64,000 bases of DNA, from contig CBDCFW010000006.1 in assembly GCA_965216465.1 (NCBI GenBank), positions 550,055 through 614,054 of the forward strand. The letters run 5' to 3'. The DNA is from Bacteroidia bacterium (GTDB lineage: Bacteria > Bacteroidota > Bacteroidia > NS11-12g > UBA9320). The notes under the pieces are model-generated. The model had not been told where the DNA came from. It saw only the letters and a list, made by a program, of their open reading frames with translations, and did not search any database. Below are positions 1 to 10,011 of the stretch, piece after piece. The translations under genes were made by a program, and so were the position numbers. How positions within the stretch are numbered: position 1 is the first letter of the stretch; each line of letters opens with the position of its first letter.

Positions 1-2286
1 ATCATCCATATTGGCTGGACCTTGCAATTGAACATTAACTTCATCGCAGTAACCCGTATCGTTTCCTAAACTGAACTCTGGCGCAGCAATTTGGGTAACG
101 GTTATGGTATCAAAAGCTGGACAATCGAAACTGTTGTAAGCCTCTAACCAATAAGTACCTCCTTCGCTAACTGTTAAGCTAGCACTTGAAGATGCTGTAT
201 CGTTCCATTTGTAGTCGCTTAATGAGGTAGGACCAAAAATAGTAATGTCTGTTCCTTCGCAGAATGAGGTATCGTTTCCAAGATCTATAGTAGATGCTGG
301 ATTCGTCAAAATCTGAATTTGATCTGAGTATTTACAACCGAATGCGTCTGTAACCTCTAGTGTATGAATTCTAGATTCGCTCGTAATCAAGAATCGGTCA
401 CCGCTATCTACCCCATTCCATTTGTAGTTAACTCCACCAAATGGGCCAAAGAGTGTGATGCTCAAGTTTTCACAAATGGTAGTGTCTTCTCCTAAATCAA
501 ACGTCGGAAGCTCTCTTATTTCAACACCAATAGTATCCGTATACAGACATGAATTAGCATCAATCATGCTTAGAACTAACGTATCTGCAATTCTCAACTT
601 AATGGACTGCGTGTTGTACAATGTTTTTCCCTGCCATGTATATGAGTTCATTCCACTTACGGCTGTAAGAATAACACTGTCTTTTTCACAAAAGAATGTA
701 TCTGCAAGAGGTGCAATAGTTTGTCGAGCATTTACTTTAACATACACCTCAGCTGAATCTGTAGTACAAGCACCGTCAGAAGAACTTACAAATAATTTGT
801 AAGTCGTCGAAGAAGTTGGAGAAACCGTTGGGTTTGCGCTTGAAGATGTCCAAGATGATCCTTCTGCGGACCATGTATACGTATATCCGCTAATGGCAGA
901 TCTACCAATTCTTAATTCGTCGTTAGTACAAATCACAAATGAATCACCTGCAACACGTGCTTCTAGTTTACAACAGAAAGTTGTGTCGTCGTTTGTATTT
1001 GAACTTCTGGTGAAAATTGCATTCCCTGTGCCTCCAACACTTCCTGAATTCATGTAAGCGTTACTAGACAAGTTTAATACTCCATTTAAAATATTGTCTT
1101 GAAGTCCAATACAAGTATTACTTAGATTATCATCCACCTTAGTCAAGAATAAGTCTTCGTTGTTGTTGCTCATCGGTGACTCACCTGAACCGAAGACAGA
1201 TAATCCAATCGAGTTCACATAGCTAACTGCAGCTTGGCTTCGTCCATCGGCTCCAAAACCACCATAGGTATTAGATGCAGTGATTCCTCCACCAGAAAAT
1301 GTCTGAACCAAAATTACATCCCGAACTGAGATTGCAGCTTGTCCAGTAAAAATCAGCGACATTGTTCCATCGCTTTGGTAGTCAACATCATAAACGCTAT
1401 CTGCACCAAAAGTTCCGAACCATTCTGCGTTGTCAATAGCTAACGTTGTGTCGAGAACTGCAAGAAATGCATCGTAGCCTGTACCGGTTCCACCTTCTGT
1501 ATTACCTGCGATAAGGTAATCGCCATCATTTGTGAAATCGATCGCCCTGGCTAAATCATTGCTTGTAGTTCCAAAGTTTTTATGCTTAAGTACTGCACCT
1601 CCTGTGTTGGTTACAATAACTTGTGCATCCATATCGCCAGTAGAGCCAATATTTACAGAATCGTAATCGGTGCTACCAACAATTACGATATTTCCTTTTT
1701 TATCTTCGCCAAGTGCGTATCCTTGTTCGTTACCTGCACCTCCATAGGTCTTAACCCATGAAAAACTTCCTGTCGAGCTTAATCGAGCTAAGAAAATATT
1801 GTTGTTGAAACTATCAAGGTCAATAGTTCCTACCATATAAATATCTCCATTACGTGCTTCAATTGCGTCATAAGCGCATTCTGTACTATCGGAGCGAATT
1901 GATTTCGTCCATTGCACGGTTCCAGAACCGTTAATTTTCATTAGAAAAGCATCAACGCCTGTGTTTCCAAAGCCTGCTGACTTTCCCGCTACAAGTGCTC
2001 CTCCATCGAATGTTGGATTGATCTTGTAGGCAATATCGTCAACACCGGTACCATAGGTGTATGACCAAGTCACATCTCCAAGACCATTGGTTCTTGTAAT
2101 TTGAACATCCAATCCACCTTGGCCAAAACTATTGGTGGTAGAAAGTAAAAAATAGTCTCCGTTTGAGGCTTGAAACATTGACCTAGCTTGGTCGGTTGAA
2201 TCATCCTTCATTACTCGTGTGAACTCAGTTTGAGCAAATGACGAAATAGCAAAAAGCAAAAGAAAAGAAAGCGATAGTTTTTTCAT
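1..2286 (-). CDS. Secreted multi-repeat cell-surface protein; C-terminus lies beyond the window edge (signal peptide, beta-propeller-like repeats, then Cys-containing Ig-like repeats)
   Basis: Absent from the ORF track because no stop lies in the window. Reverse-strand ATG at 2286-2284 opens a frame that stays open to nt 1 (762 codons). It starts MKKLSLSFLLLLFAISSFAQTEF (signal peptide). Repeats of the type GVDAFLMKINGSGTVQW follow. From about nt 1000 down to 1 there are ~75-aa repeats each holding D(T/S)xxC(E/D), e.g. DTTICENLSITLFG, DTSFCEGTDITIFG, DTGYCDEVNVQLQG, as in Bacteroidota surface adhesins/T9SS cargo. Confidence 0.75.
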   Translation of the reverse strand, partial: MKKLSLSFLLLFAISSFAQTEFTRVMKDDSTDQARSMFQASNGDYFLLSTTNSFGQGGLDVQITRTNGLGDVTWSYTYGTGVDDIAYKINPTFDGGALVAGKSAGFGNTGVDAFLMKINGSGTVQWTKSIRSDSTECAYDAIEARNGDIYMVGTIDLDSFNNNIFLARLSSTGSFSWVKTYGGAGNEQGYALGEDKKGNIVIVGSTDYDSVNIGSTGDMDAQVIVTNTGGAVLKHKNFGTTSNDLARAIDFTNDGDYLIAGNTEGGTGTGYDAFLAVLDTTLAIDNAEWFGTFGADSVYDVDYQSDGTMSLIFTGQAAISVRDVILVQTFSGGGITASNTYGGFGADGRSQAAVSYVNSIGLSVFGSGESPMSNNNEDLFLTKVDDNLSNTCIGLQDNILNGVLNLSSNAYMNSGSVGGTGNAIFTRSSNTNDDTTFCCKLEARVAGDSFVICTNDELRIGRSAISGYTYTWSAEGSSWTSSSANPTVSPTSSTTYKLFVSSSDGACTTDSAEVYVKVNARQTIAPLADTFFCEKDSVILTAVSGMNSYTWQGKTLYNTQSIKLRIADTLVLSMIDANSCLYTDTIGVEIRELPTFDLGEDTTICENLSITLFGPFGGVNYKWNGVDSGDRFLITSESRIHTLEVTDAFGCKYSDQIQILTNPASTIDLGNDTSFCEGTDITIFGPTSLSDYKWNDTASSSASLTVSEGGTYWLEAYNSFDCPAFDTITVTQIAAPEFSLGNDTGYCDEVNVQLQGPANMDD

Positions 2287-2324
2287 GTAGTAACTGATTT
2301 AAAATCGTCGCAAAATAGCCCTTT

Positions 2325-2894
2325 TTACGAACTTTGATGCCATCTTTTGGCAACTTTAACCGAATAGGCTAAAAAATCTTTGAAGCCTGAATTAAATGCT
2401 TCGTTTGATAATAGGTTTCCATCGTGGTCGATGCACTGTGAAATCTCTTGTACTTCAAAGGTCTTTGGGCTCGTAATACTATCGAGATTGAAGTAGTTAA
2501 ATATCTTATTAAAAACATAGCCAAGCTGTACCGCTGGCATTCTTCCACCTCTTCCAGAACTCACCCCAATATTTGCAACAACTAAGTTGTTAAAAATGGA
2601 TGAATATCTGTCGTTGGCCAATTGATGAACCATGTTTATAACCTCTGAAGTTGGAAACCAATTGTATTCTGGAGTAAGCACAAAAAGCAAGTCGCAATTA
2701 TCAATTGCATCAACCAATTGTTTCTGAAATGAGGTTTCTTCGCCTCTAACCAATGACCCTTCTGCAAATGAAGGAAGATCGTAGTTTTGAAAATCGACTA
2801 GCACCGAATTCTCAACCAACTTATTGATGGCCTTTGCCGCTTTCACGGTATTGTTATTCTTTCGTGCTGAACCCGATATTATCGCTACTTTCAT
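2325..2894 (-). CDS. NAD(P)H-dependent FMN reductase family oxidoreductase
   Basis: 189 aa. N-terminus MKVAIISGSARKNNNT matches the flavodoxin-like FMN_red pattern (ISGS.R). 4-nt overlap with the upstream gene. Confidence 0.75.
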   Translation of the reverse strand: MKVAIISGSARKNNNTVKAAKAINKLVENSVLVDFQNYDLPSFAEGSLVRGEETSFQKQLVDAIDNCDLLFVLTPEYNWFPTSEVINMVHQLANDRYSSIFNNLVVANIGVSSGRGGRMPAVQLGYVFNKIFNYFNLDSITSPKTFEVQEISQCIDHDGNLLSNEAFNSGFKDFLAYSVKVAKRWHQSS

Positions 2895-3421
2895 TGTTGC
2901 TTAATCATTTTTGCAATTTCTGTTACGGTCCTAAAATTTCTTCCAAAATCAATAAACCATAATGTTGTAAATGGTTGACTTTCTACAACATACACATCTC
3001 CATCATGGCTTATTGTGATGTCGTCAGGCTTCATTAAATGAACCAATTTTTTGGCTCCAATAGAGCGACTACCAACCACAATTTCTTTATATCTTTTGTT
3101 TTGTTGGAGTTTCGCTCCCAGATCTTCTAAGGAAATATCTCCTTTTATAAATACCTTTTGCTTCGACTTCATGTAATTTTCGTTCGGTGCTTTTCCTGCA
3201 AGTTCAAAACTTACAGCGTGATACATCGAAACCAAAAAACCAATCGCAAACGAGACAAATAGGGCTACGTCAATATTGTTTTGTATAAATGTAAAACCAT
3301 ACTTCCATCCATCTTCTTTAGAAATCACAATTACAAGTGCTACAGGAAGCACCAAAAGCGACACCCTTAAGATGTATGTTAAAATCACTAGAAGCTTGAA
3401 TAAAAATTGCTGAATATTCAT
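2891..3421 (-). CDS. Hypothetical membrane protein (two N-terminal TM helices plus ~100-aa soluble domain)
   Basis: 176 aa. Hydrophobic segments LLVILTYILRVSLLVLPVALVIVI and VALFVSFAIGFLVSMYHAVSF. No recognised motif. Sandwiched between two flavin reductase genes. Confidence 0.5.
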   Translation of the reverse strand: MNIQQFLFKLLVILTYILRVSLLVLPVALVIVISKEDGWKYGFTFIQNNIDVALFVSFAIGFLVSMYHAVSFELAGKAPNENYMKSKQKVFIKGDISLEDLGAKLQQNKRYKEIVVGSRSIGAKKLVHLMKPDDITISHDGDVYVVESQPFTTLWFIDFGRNFRTVTEIAKMIKQQ

Positions 3422-3424
3422 AAT

Positions 3425-4279
3425 TTATTTCATGATCTTAGCTAAAACCGCATAGGCTGCTTCGAGGTTGTAATCCGCAAGCAGCGTTTTAGCTTTATCT
3501 AAAGTTAATTCTACATTTCCTAACTTATCTATCTCTTTATCTACCATTTCCGAAGATGGTAATTCGAGCATGTTTCCTAATTTACCGAGATCATTGCCCG
3601 TAAGTTGGTCACTTAATCGTATAAACTCAGGAAGACGGTCAACACCAATTCCTTGCGTGGTTATTGGCTTATCGATTTCGAACATAGATGCACCATTTGC
3701 ACGGCTGTACCAGTTTCCTCCCATACGAGCAACCAGGTCAATTTTGGTTTGATCTATTCGGCCGTTCTCATCCAGAAGGGCTTCTCTCACATGAATGCGT
3801 TGTACTTCACAGATAACTAAATTTCCTGCGGCTCCGCCATCTCCAAGTGATTTTACCTCAAGCACCTTGCATTCAAACTGCACTGGAGATTCTTTAACTC
3901 TTAATGGCTTTATGGTTTCGGAGGCAATGCCGGTAAATCCAGCCTTTTCAAACTCATTTACTCCCTTAGGATATGGTGAACTGGCTAAGCTCATTTGGTG
4001 TACCATATCGTAGGTAACTACATTAATCACCACCTCTGGTACTTCGAGCACATTGTCTAAGGTATTTTTGGTTTCGAGTGTTCTTCCACTTCTAGCCGGT
4101 GAAAATATCATTACCGGAGGGTTTGAGCTAAACACATTAAAGAAGCTAAAAGGAGCCAAGTTGGGATTCCCATCTTTATCTATCGTACTAGCAAAAGCAA
4201 TTGGACGCGGACCGACTCCACCAAGCATATAATGATGGCGAACCGGAATGGTCAATTCTTTTGGATCAATGGATAACAT
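3425..4279 (-). CDS. Flavin reductase-like (FMN-binding split-barrel) family protein
   Basis: 284 aa. RPIAFASTIDKDGNPNLAPFSFFNVFSSNPP is the typical flavin_reduct domain start. Its start overlaps the tyrS stop (TAATG). Confidence 0.75.
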   Translation of the reverse strand: MLSIDPKELTIPVRHHYMLGGVGPRPIAFASTIDKDGNPNLAPFSFFNVFSSNPPVMIFSPARSGRTLETKNTLDNVLEVPEVVINVVTYDMVHQMSLASSPYPKGVNEFEKAGFTGIASETIKPLRVKESPVQFECKVLEVKSLGDGGAAGNLVICEVQRIHVREALLDENGRIDQTKIDLVARMGGNWYSRANGASMFEIDKPITTQGIGVDRLPEFIRLSDQLTGNDLGKLGNMLELPSSEMVDKEIDKLGNVELTLDKAKTLLADYNLEAAYAVLAKIMK

Positions 4280-5559
4280 TATTTCTTTACAACTATAAAT
4301 TTATTCTTCTTCCCTTTTTGAAGTAAGATGTATTTGTCATTAATAAGATCATCAGACGATATAGTATATTCTTCTGTAACCTTTTCACTATTAACAGCAA
4401 TCGCATTGCCTTTTAGTTCACGCTTAGCCTCACTTTTACTGCTTAAAAATCCTGAGTCAGCCAAGAGGTCCACAATATTTTGGCCTTCAACAGCCTCTAC
4501 CTCAGCTTGATTTACCCCATTAAACACTGATAAGAAATCTTTCTCCGATAGTTTTCTCAACGATTCTGATGTTCCCTTTCCGAACAAAATCTGAGTTGCT
4601 TCGAATGCTGTGTTAAAACCTTCTTCACCATGCACCCAAGTTGTAATATACTTCGCTAGTTCTTTCTGAAGTGACTTTCTATACTCTTGTCCTTTGTGCT
4701 CTGCAATTAACTCATTGATTTTAGCTTCATCGTATAACGTGAAAATCTTAATCAGTCTTTCTGCGTCTTCATCAGAAGTATTAATCCAATACTGATAAAA
4801 TTCGTATGGACTTGTTTTTTCAGCATCAAGCCACACATTTCCACCCTCACTTTTACCAAACTTACTTCCGTCTGCTTTGGTCAATAATGGAGCCGTCATG
4901 GCGTAACCTTTTCCTTCGCCTTTTCTTCTAATCAGCTCAGTTCCTGTAACGATATTTCCCCATTGGTCGCTACCTCCCATTTGGAGTTTTACGTTTCGCT
5001 TATCCCACAGGTGAAAGAAATCATAGCCCTGTACTAATTGGTAGCTAAACTCTGTGAAGCTCATGCCGTCTTCCAATCGATTTTTCACAGAATCTTTGGC
5101 CATCATGTAGTTCACAGATATGTGCTTTCCAACATCACGAATGAATTCAAGAAAATTAAAATCTTTAAACCAGTCGTGATTATTTACTACTTCAGCACTA
5201 TTGTCTCCGCAATCAAAATCAAGGAACTTTTCGAGTTGTTTCTTTTGACAAGCCAAATTGTGATTGATAACATCGATGTCAAGCAAGCTTCGTTCAGCTT
5301 TCTTGCCAGAAGGGTCTCCAACCATTCCTGTTGCTCCACCAACAAGTGCAAATGGCTTGTGGCCAGAGCGTTGCAAATGAACGAGCAGAATTATAGGAAC
5401 CATATTCCCGATGTGTAATGAATCGGCAGTGGGGTCGAACCCGATATATCCGCTTACCATTTCTTCCATCAATAATTCTTCGGTTCCGGGCATGTCTTGG
5501 TGAAACAATCCCCTCCACTTTAACTCTTCAACTAAATTGTATTTAGGTTTAAAAGACAT
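4279..5559 (-). CDS. tyrS: Tyrosine--tRNA ligase
   Basis: 426 aa. Class I HIGH variant (SLHIGNMVP), KMSKS variant (KFGKSEGG), C-terminal S4-like domain (KRELKGNAIAVN). Confidence 0.95.
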   Translation of the reverse strand: MSFKPKYNLVEELKWRGLFHQDMPGTEELLMEEMVSGYIGFDPTADSLHIGNMVPIILLVHLQRSGHKPFALVGGATGMVGDPSGKKAERSLLDIDVINHNLACQKKQLEKFLDFDCGDNSAEVVNNHDWFKDFNFLEFIRDVGKHISVNYMMAKDSVKNRLEDGMSFTEFSYQLVQGYDFFHLWDKRNVKLQMGGSDQWGNIVTGTELIRRKGEGKGYAMTAPLLTKADGSKFGKSEGGNVWLDAEKTSPYEFYQYWINTSDEDAERLIKIFTLYDEAKINELIAEHKGQEYRKSLQKELAKYITTWVHGEEGFNTAFEATQILFGKGTSESLRKLSEKDFLSVFNGVNQAEVEAVEGQNIVDLLADSGFLSSKSEAKRELKGNAIAVNSEKVTEEYTISSDDLINDKYILLQKGKKNKFIVVKK

Positions 5560-5579
5560 TTCTGTTTGATAATAAGCGG

Positions 5580-5587
5580 CAAATGTA
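5580..5587 (-). promoter_or_regulatory. Bacteroidota sigma-A -7 box (TACATTTG = TAnnTTTG) for tyrS
   Basis: Reverse complement of caaatgta. 20 nt separate it from the tyrS ATG (5559). Confidence 0.45.
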
Positions 5588-5632
5588 GCAAATGGGTGAT
5601 GGAAAGTTCTAATTAGTTATTTGAAATTCGAT

Positions 5633-5640
5633 TACATTTG
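5633..5640 (+). promoter_or_regulatory. Bacteroidota sigma-A -7 box (TACATTTG) for polA
   Basis: Exact TAnnTTTG match 12 nt upstream of the ATG at 5653. Divergent partner of the tyrS box. Confidence 0.45.
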
Positions 5641-5652
5641 ACCTCACACAAT

Positions 5653-8448
5653 ATGTCATCTGAAAAAAAGCTTTTTCTACTCGATGCCTATGCACTAATT
5701 TTTAGAGCATACTACGCATTCATTAAAAATCCGAGAATTACTTCTTACGGTTTAAATACCAATGCAATTTTTGGGTTTACTACCACGTTGCTTGAGGTCT
5801 TGGAGAAATACAAACCCACGCACATTGCAGTTTGCTTCGACCACAAATCTGAGAATATTCGAAAACAAGAATTCGAGTTTTATAAAGCCAATCGAGATGA
5901 AACCCCAGAAGACATAAAGCGCTCTGAACCTTTTATACGAAAGATTATCGATGCATTCAATATTCCTATAATTGAGAAAGAAGGCTATGAGGCTGACGAC
6001 GTAATTGTAACGCTAGCAAAACACGCAGAAAATGCGGGATTTACCACGTATATGATGACGCCGGATAAGGATTTTGGACAGGCTGTAACGGAGAAAACAC
6101 TCATGTTTAGACCTGCCAGAGGAGGTAATGCTCCTGAAGTTTGGGGGCCTGCAGAAATTTGTGCAAAGTTTGGAATAAACCGAACCGAGCAGGTTATTGA
6201 TGTTCTTGGACTCATGGGTGACGCCGTCGATAACATCCCTGGAGTTCCGGGAGTAGGAGCGAAAACAGCAGCCAAGCTTTTACAAGAATTTGATTCTATT
6301 GAAAACCTGTACGAGAACACTGATAAGCTCAAAGGAAAGCTCAAAGAGAAAATAGAAGAGAACAAAGAGTCTGCCTTTATATCTAAAAAACTAGCAACAA
6401 TAATTACCGATGTTCCCGTTGAATTTAATGAACAAGATCTTATTGTAGAAGAAGCAAATAAAGAAACGCTTAATCAACTTTTCACCGAACTAGAATTTAG
6501 GACCCTAGGCAAACGAATCTTTGGTGATCAAATGGCTGCAGGAATGGCCGTTCAAGGAGATCTTTTTGCATCTGGGCCATCAGCAGCAGCACCTTCTGCT
6601 ACACCTGAAACCACAGCCTCTGGCTTGGTTCGTTTACAAACTATTGACTCTGTTGATCACAATTATAAACTCGTTGATAATCAACAACTAAGAACGGAGT
6701 TGATTGGCAATATCATGAGTCAAAAATCGGTATGTTTCGATACAGAAACCACTTCATTAAATGAAATGGATGCCGAAATTTTAGGGCTCGCAATTGCTTA
6801 TGAATCTGGTGAGGCATTTTATGTGAACATGCCTGCTGATTTTGAAGAAACCAAATCGATTTTAAGCGAATTCAAACCCTTTTTTGAGAGCCTAAAAATT
6901 GAAAAAATAGCACAAAATCTGAAGTACGACTTGAAGGTTCTCGTCAAATATGGAATCGAAATTAAAGGACCTCAATTCGACACCATGCTGGCCCATTACT
7001 TGAACAATCCAGACGGTAGACACGGTATGGATATTTTATCTGAGAAGTATTTGAACTACAAGCCGGTTTCTATCACCGAATTGATTGGAAAAAAAGGCAA
7101 GAACCAACTGTCATTTTCTGAAGTTCCGCTAGATAAAGCTACAGAATATGCTGCTGAAGATGCAGATATTACCTTCCAACTAAAAGCTCCATTGCAAAAG
7201 GAGATGATCGACAAGCAAGTAGCACATTTGATGCAACGCATGGAAGTGCCTTTGGTATCTGTACTTGCCAAAATGGAATTGGAAGGGGTTAATGTAGATG
7301 CCGACTTCTTAAACAACTATTCGGAGGAACTTAAAATTGAATCCGATAAACTAGAACAGTCTATCTATGATTTATCAGGTTGTGATTTCAACATTGCAAG
7401 TCCAAAACAACTTGGAGAAGTGCTCTTTGACGTGATGAAACTCGATAGCAAAGCCAAAAAAACGCGAACCGGTCAGTACAAGACCGATGAAGAAACACTA
7501 CGTAAACTGGCTGAAGATCATGAGATTGTAGGTAACATATTGGAGTTTCGTCAAATTAATAAGCTAAAATCGACTTATGTAGATGCTTTACCCAAATTGA
7601 TACATCCGAGCACTGGACGCGTACACACCAGCTTCGCTCAGGCCGTTGCTGCAACAGGAAGATTGAGCAGCAACAACCCCAACCTGCAAAACATTCCGAT
7701 TAGAACGGATAAAGGGAAAGAGATTCGAAAAGCATTTGTTCCTAGAGATGAAAATCACATACTTTTAGCTGCGGACTATTCTCAGATTGAATTGAGAATT
7801 GTTGCTTCTGTTGCTGAAGATCCTGGACTGATGGAAGCTTTTCATGCCGGATTAGATATTCATACCGCAACTGCAGCCAAAGTGTTTGGAATTCCAACCG
7901 AAGAAGTTACCAAAGAGCAACGCTATCGAGCTAAGAGTGTAAACTTTGGCTTAATTTATGGACAAGGAGCATTTGGACTTTCTAAAAATATTGGGGTGTC
8001 GAGAAGTGAAGCACAAGATCTTATTGAAGCTTATTTTGAACAATTTGCTGGAGTTAAGAAATACATGGATGACTCCATTGCATTTTGTCGAGACAATGGA
8101 TATGTAAAAACCATGATGGGTAGGAGAAGATATATTCCAGACATCAACTCAGCGAACAAAACGGTGGTTGGATTTGCTGAGCGAAATGCTATTAATGCAC
8201 CGATTCAAGGATCTGCTGCTGACATGATTAAGATGGCCATGATAAACATTGATGCCCGCTTGAGTAAAATGAATATTGGCACCAAAATGATTCTACAGGT
8301 GCATGATGAATTACTTTTTGACGTTCCTAAATCTGAACTTGACGAAATTACACCCATTATTAAACAAGAAATGGAAAGAGCAATGCCGCTCAAAGTACCT
8401 GTTTTGGTTGAAGCTGGCACCGGGAATAATTGGCTTGAAGCTCACTAA
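5653..8448 (+). CDS. polA: DNA polymerase I
   Basis: 5'-nuclease N-terminus. 3'-5' exo motif CFDTETTSL. Pol motifs A (DYSQIELR), B (KSVNFGLIYG), C (QVHDEL). I prefer the ATG at 5653 over the TTG at 5638 used by the ORF track. Confidence 0.97.
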   Translation: MSSEKKLFLLDAYALIFRAYYAFIKNPRITSYGLNTNAIFGFTTTLLEVLEKYKPTHIAVCFDHKSENIRKQEFEFYKANRDETPEDIKRSEPFIRKIIDAFNIPIIEKEGYEADDVIVTLAKHAENAGFTTYMMTPDKDFGQAVTEKTLMFRPARGGNAPEVWGPAEICAKFGINRTEQVIDVLGLMGDAVDNIPGVPGVGAKTAAKLLQEFDSIENLYENTDKLKGKLKEKIEENKESAFISKKLATIITDVPVEFNEQDLIVEEANKETLNQLFTELEFRTLGKRIFGDQMAAGMAVQGDLFASGPSAAAPSATPETTASGLVRLQTIDSVDHNYKLVDNQQLRTELIGNIMSQKSVCFDTETTSLNEMDAEILGLAIAYESGEAFYVNMPADFEETKSILSEFKPFFESLKIEKIAQNLKYDLKVLVKYGIEIKGPQFDTMLAHYLNNPDGRHGMDILSEKYLNYKPVSITELIGKKGKNQLSFSEVPLDKATEYAAEDADITFQLKAPLQKEMIDKQVAHLMQRMEVPLVSVLAKMELEGVNVDADFLNNYSEELKIESDKLEQSIYDLSGCDFNIASPKQLGEVLFDVMKLDSKAKKTRTGQYKTDEETLRKLAEDHEIVGNILEFRQINKLKSTYVDALPKLIHPSTGRVHTSFAQAVAATGRLSSNNPNLQNIPIRTDKGKEIRKAFVPRDENHILLAADYSQIELRIVASVAEDPGLMEAFHAGLDIHTATAAKVFGIPTEEVTKEQRYRAKSVNFGLIYGQGAFGLSKNIGVSRSEAQDLIEAYFEQFAGVKKYMDDSIAFCRDNGYVKTMMGRRRYIPDINSANKTVVGFAERNAINAPIQGSAADMIKMAMINIDARLSKMNIGTKMILQVHDELLFDVPKSELDEITPIIKQEMERAMPLKVPVLVEAGTGNNWLEAH

Positions 8449-8469
8449 TTAATAATATTGCCCCAAAAT

Positions 8470-9213
8470 ATGTCTAAAACCTATTTTGCTTCAGATTTTC
8501 ATTTAGGAATACCTAATTATGAGGAGTCGCTCAAGCGAGAGAAAAAAGTTGTTGCTTGGCTCGATGAAATCAGTGAGGATTGTGAAAAATTGTTTTTGCT
8601 TGGAGACATATTTGATTTCTGGTACGAGTACCGTAAAGCTGTGCCTCGCTACTATACGCGATTGTTAGGGAAGCTTGCTCAAATGTCTGACAGCGGAATA
8701 GAAATCTACTTTTTTAAAGGAAACCACGATATGTGGACGTTCGATTACCTTGAGAAAGAAATTGGTGTTACCGTGGTTAATGAAGAATGGATGGGAGAAA
8801 TTAACGACAAGAATTTTTACTTGCATCATGGAGACGCCTTGTGGAAAGGTGAACGTTCTTACAAGATGATTCGCAAGTTGTTTAGAAGCCGTTGGGCGAT
8901 CTGGTTATTCCATCGTTTACACCCCAATTTTGGTATTGGACTCGCTAATTTCTTATCGCGGAAAAGCAGAAGTAAAAATGTAGCAAAAGACACGAAGGAG
9001 ATTCCTTTAGAAAGCGAATATCAATACCAGTTTGCCAAACATCATGTAAAAGATCATTCCTTCGATTTCTATATCTTTGGTCATCGACATAAGCCCATGG
9101 ATGTACTTCTAAACGAAAAATCTCGTTTAATTAACCTAGGTGATTGGGTGAATTTTTACACCTACGCAGAGTTTGACGGTAATGATTTGCAACTTAAGAC
9201 ATATAGCAATTAG
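8470..9213 (+). CDS. lpxH: UDP-2,3-diacylglucosamine diphosphatase
   Basis: Calcineurin-like metallophosphoesterase motifs SDFHLG, GDIFDFW, GNHD, HHGD, GHRH. ATG at 8470 preferred over the TTG at 8458. Confidence 0.85.
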   Translation: MSKTYFASDFHLGIPNYEESLKREKKVVAWLDEISEDCEKLFLLGDIFDFWYEYRKAVPRYYTRLLGKLAQMSDSGIEIYFFKGNHDMWTFDYLEKEIGVTVVNEEWMGEINDKNFYLHHGDALWKGERSYKMIRKLFRSRWAIWLFHRLHPNFGIGLANFLSRKSRSKNVAKDTKEIPLESEYQYQFAKHHVKDHSFDFYIFGHRHKPMDVLLNEKSRLINLGDWVNFYTYAEFDGNDLQLKTYSN

Positions 9214-9982
9214 CATCTTTGCACTTCTAATTTGTGGAGTGGGATTTGCACAAGATTCACTTGTTGTAAAGTCTGTCGATCAAATCGAAGCATTGGCTTT
9301 AGATGCTAATGGGTTTTTTTACGCCGCGGATAATAATAATACGCTTCATAAACTGGACGAAAATGGCAAAGAAATCACCAATGTAAATGTGAAAATCTAC
9401 GGTAAGATTTCAAAAATTGATTGCTCTAATCCATTTGAAATTTACACTTATCATCAAGATCAAAACGTTGTGGTTTACTATGATAACATGTTGAATATTA
9501 GAGGAGTAACTCGTTTTAACGACTTGTACCTTAGCGGTGTTTCGGCCATTGCTCGAACCTACGACAATGGGGTTTGGGCGTTTGACAATTCGAATAATAC
9601 CATTAAAAAAATATCGAAAGCAGGTGATATTGAGTTTGAAACCAATAACGTGAATATAATGCTTGGAAAAGAGCTTCATGTATTCAACATTTTGGAGTTT
9701 AATAACAATGTTTATTTGTGTGATAGTCTGATTGGATTGATTCAGTTTGATATGTACGGGACTTACGTTTCTACCCACTTTATTTCAGACGTAATTGATG
9801 CTCTTATTGATGATCAAAATTGTCTGATCAACAAAGACAATCAGATCATGACATACCATTTTTTAAGTCGTGATTTGAGACCGATAGAACCCAAAATTAC
9901 ATTGACCAATTTTATGGCAGGAAGCAATACCAAACTGGTATCATTCGAGAATAATGTGATTTTGGTCTTTACTGCCAATTAA
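9182..9982 (+). CDS. Hypothetical secreted protein
   Basis: Signal-peptide-like start MICNLRHIAISIFALLICGVGFAQ. No recognised motif. Start uncertain (TTG 9173 or ATG 9182); both overlap the lpxH end. Confidence 0.5.
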   Translation: MICNLRHIAISIFALLICGVGFAQDSLVVKSVDQIEALALDANGFFYAADNNNTLHKLDENGKEITNVNVKIYGKISKIDCSNPFEIYTYHQDQNVVVYYDNMLNIRGVTRFNDLYLSGVSAIARTYDNGVWAFDNSNNTIKKISKAGDIEFETNNVNIMLGKELHVFNILEFNNNVYLCDSLIGLIQFDMYGTYVSTHFISDVIDALIDDQNCLINKDNQIMTYHFLSRDLRPIEPKITLTNFMAGSNTKLVSFENNVILVFTAN

Positions 9983-9987
9983 AACAA

Positions 9988-9995
9988 TATTTTTG
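9988..9995 (+). promoter_or_regulatory. -7 box TATTTTTG for prfA
   Basis: TAnnTTTG match with 16 nt separating it from the ATG at 10012. Confidence 0.4.
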
Positions 9996-10011
9996 CAGCT
10001 AATTTTTACCG

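Noticed and set aside
455-802. 115-aa plus-strand ORF from the track
   Set aside because: It lies wholly antisense inside the long minus-strand surface-protein frame (1-2286), which has a signal peptide and clear repeat architecture. Its composition is not protein-like.
5038-5418. 126-aa plus-strand ORF and the 74-aa minus-strand ORF at 5294-5518
   Set aside because: They are antisense or out of frame within tyrS, whose motifs are unambiguous.
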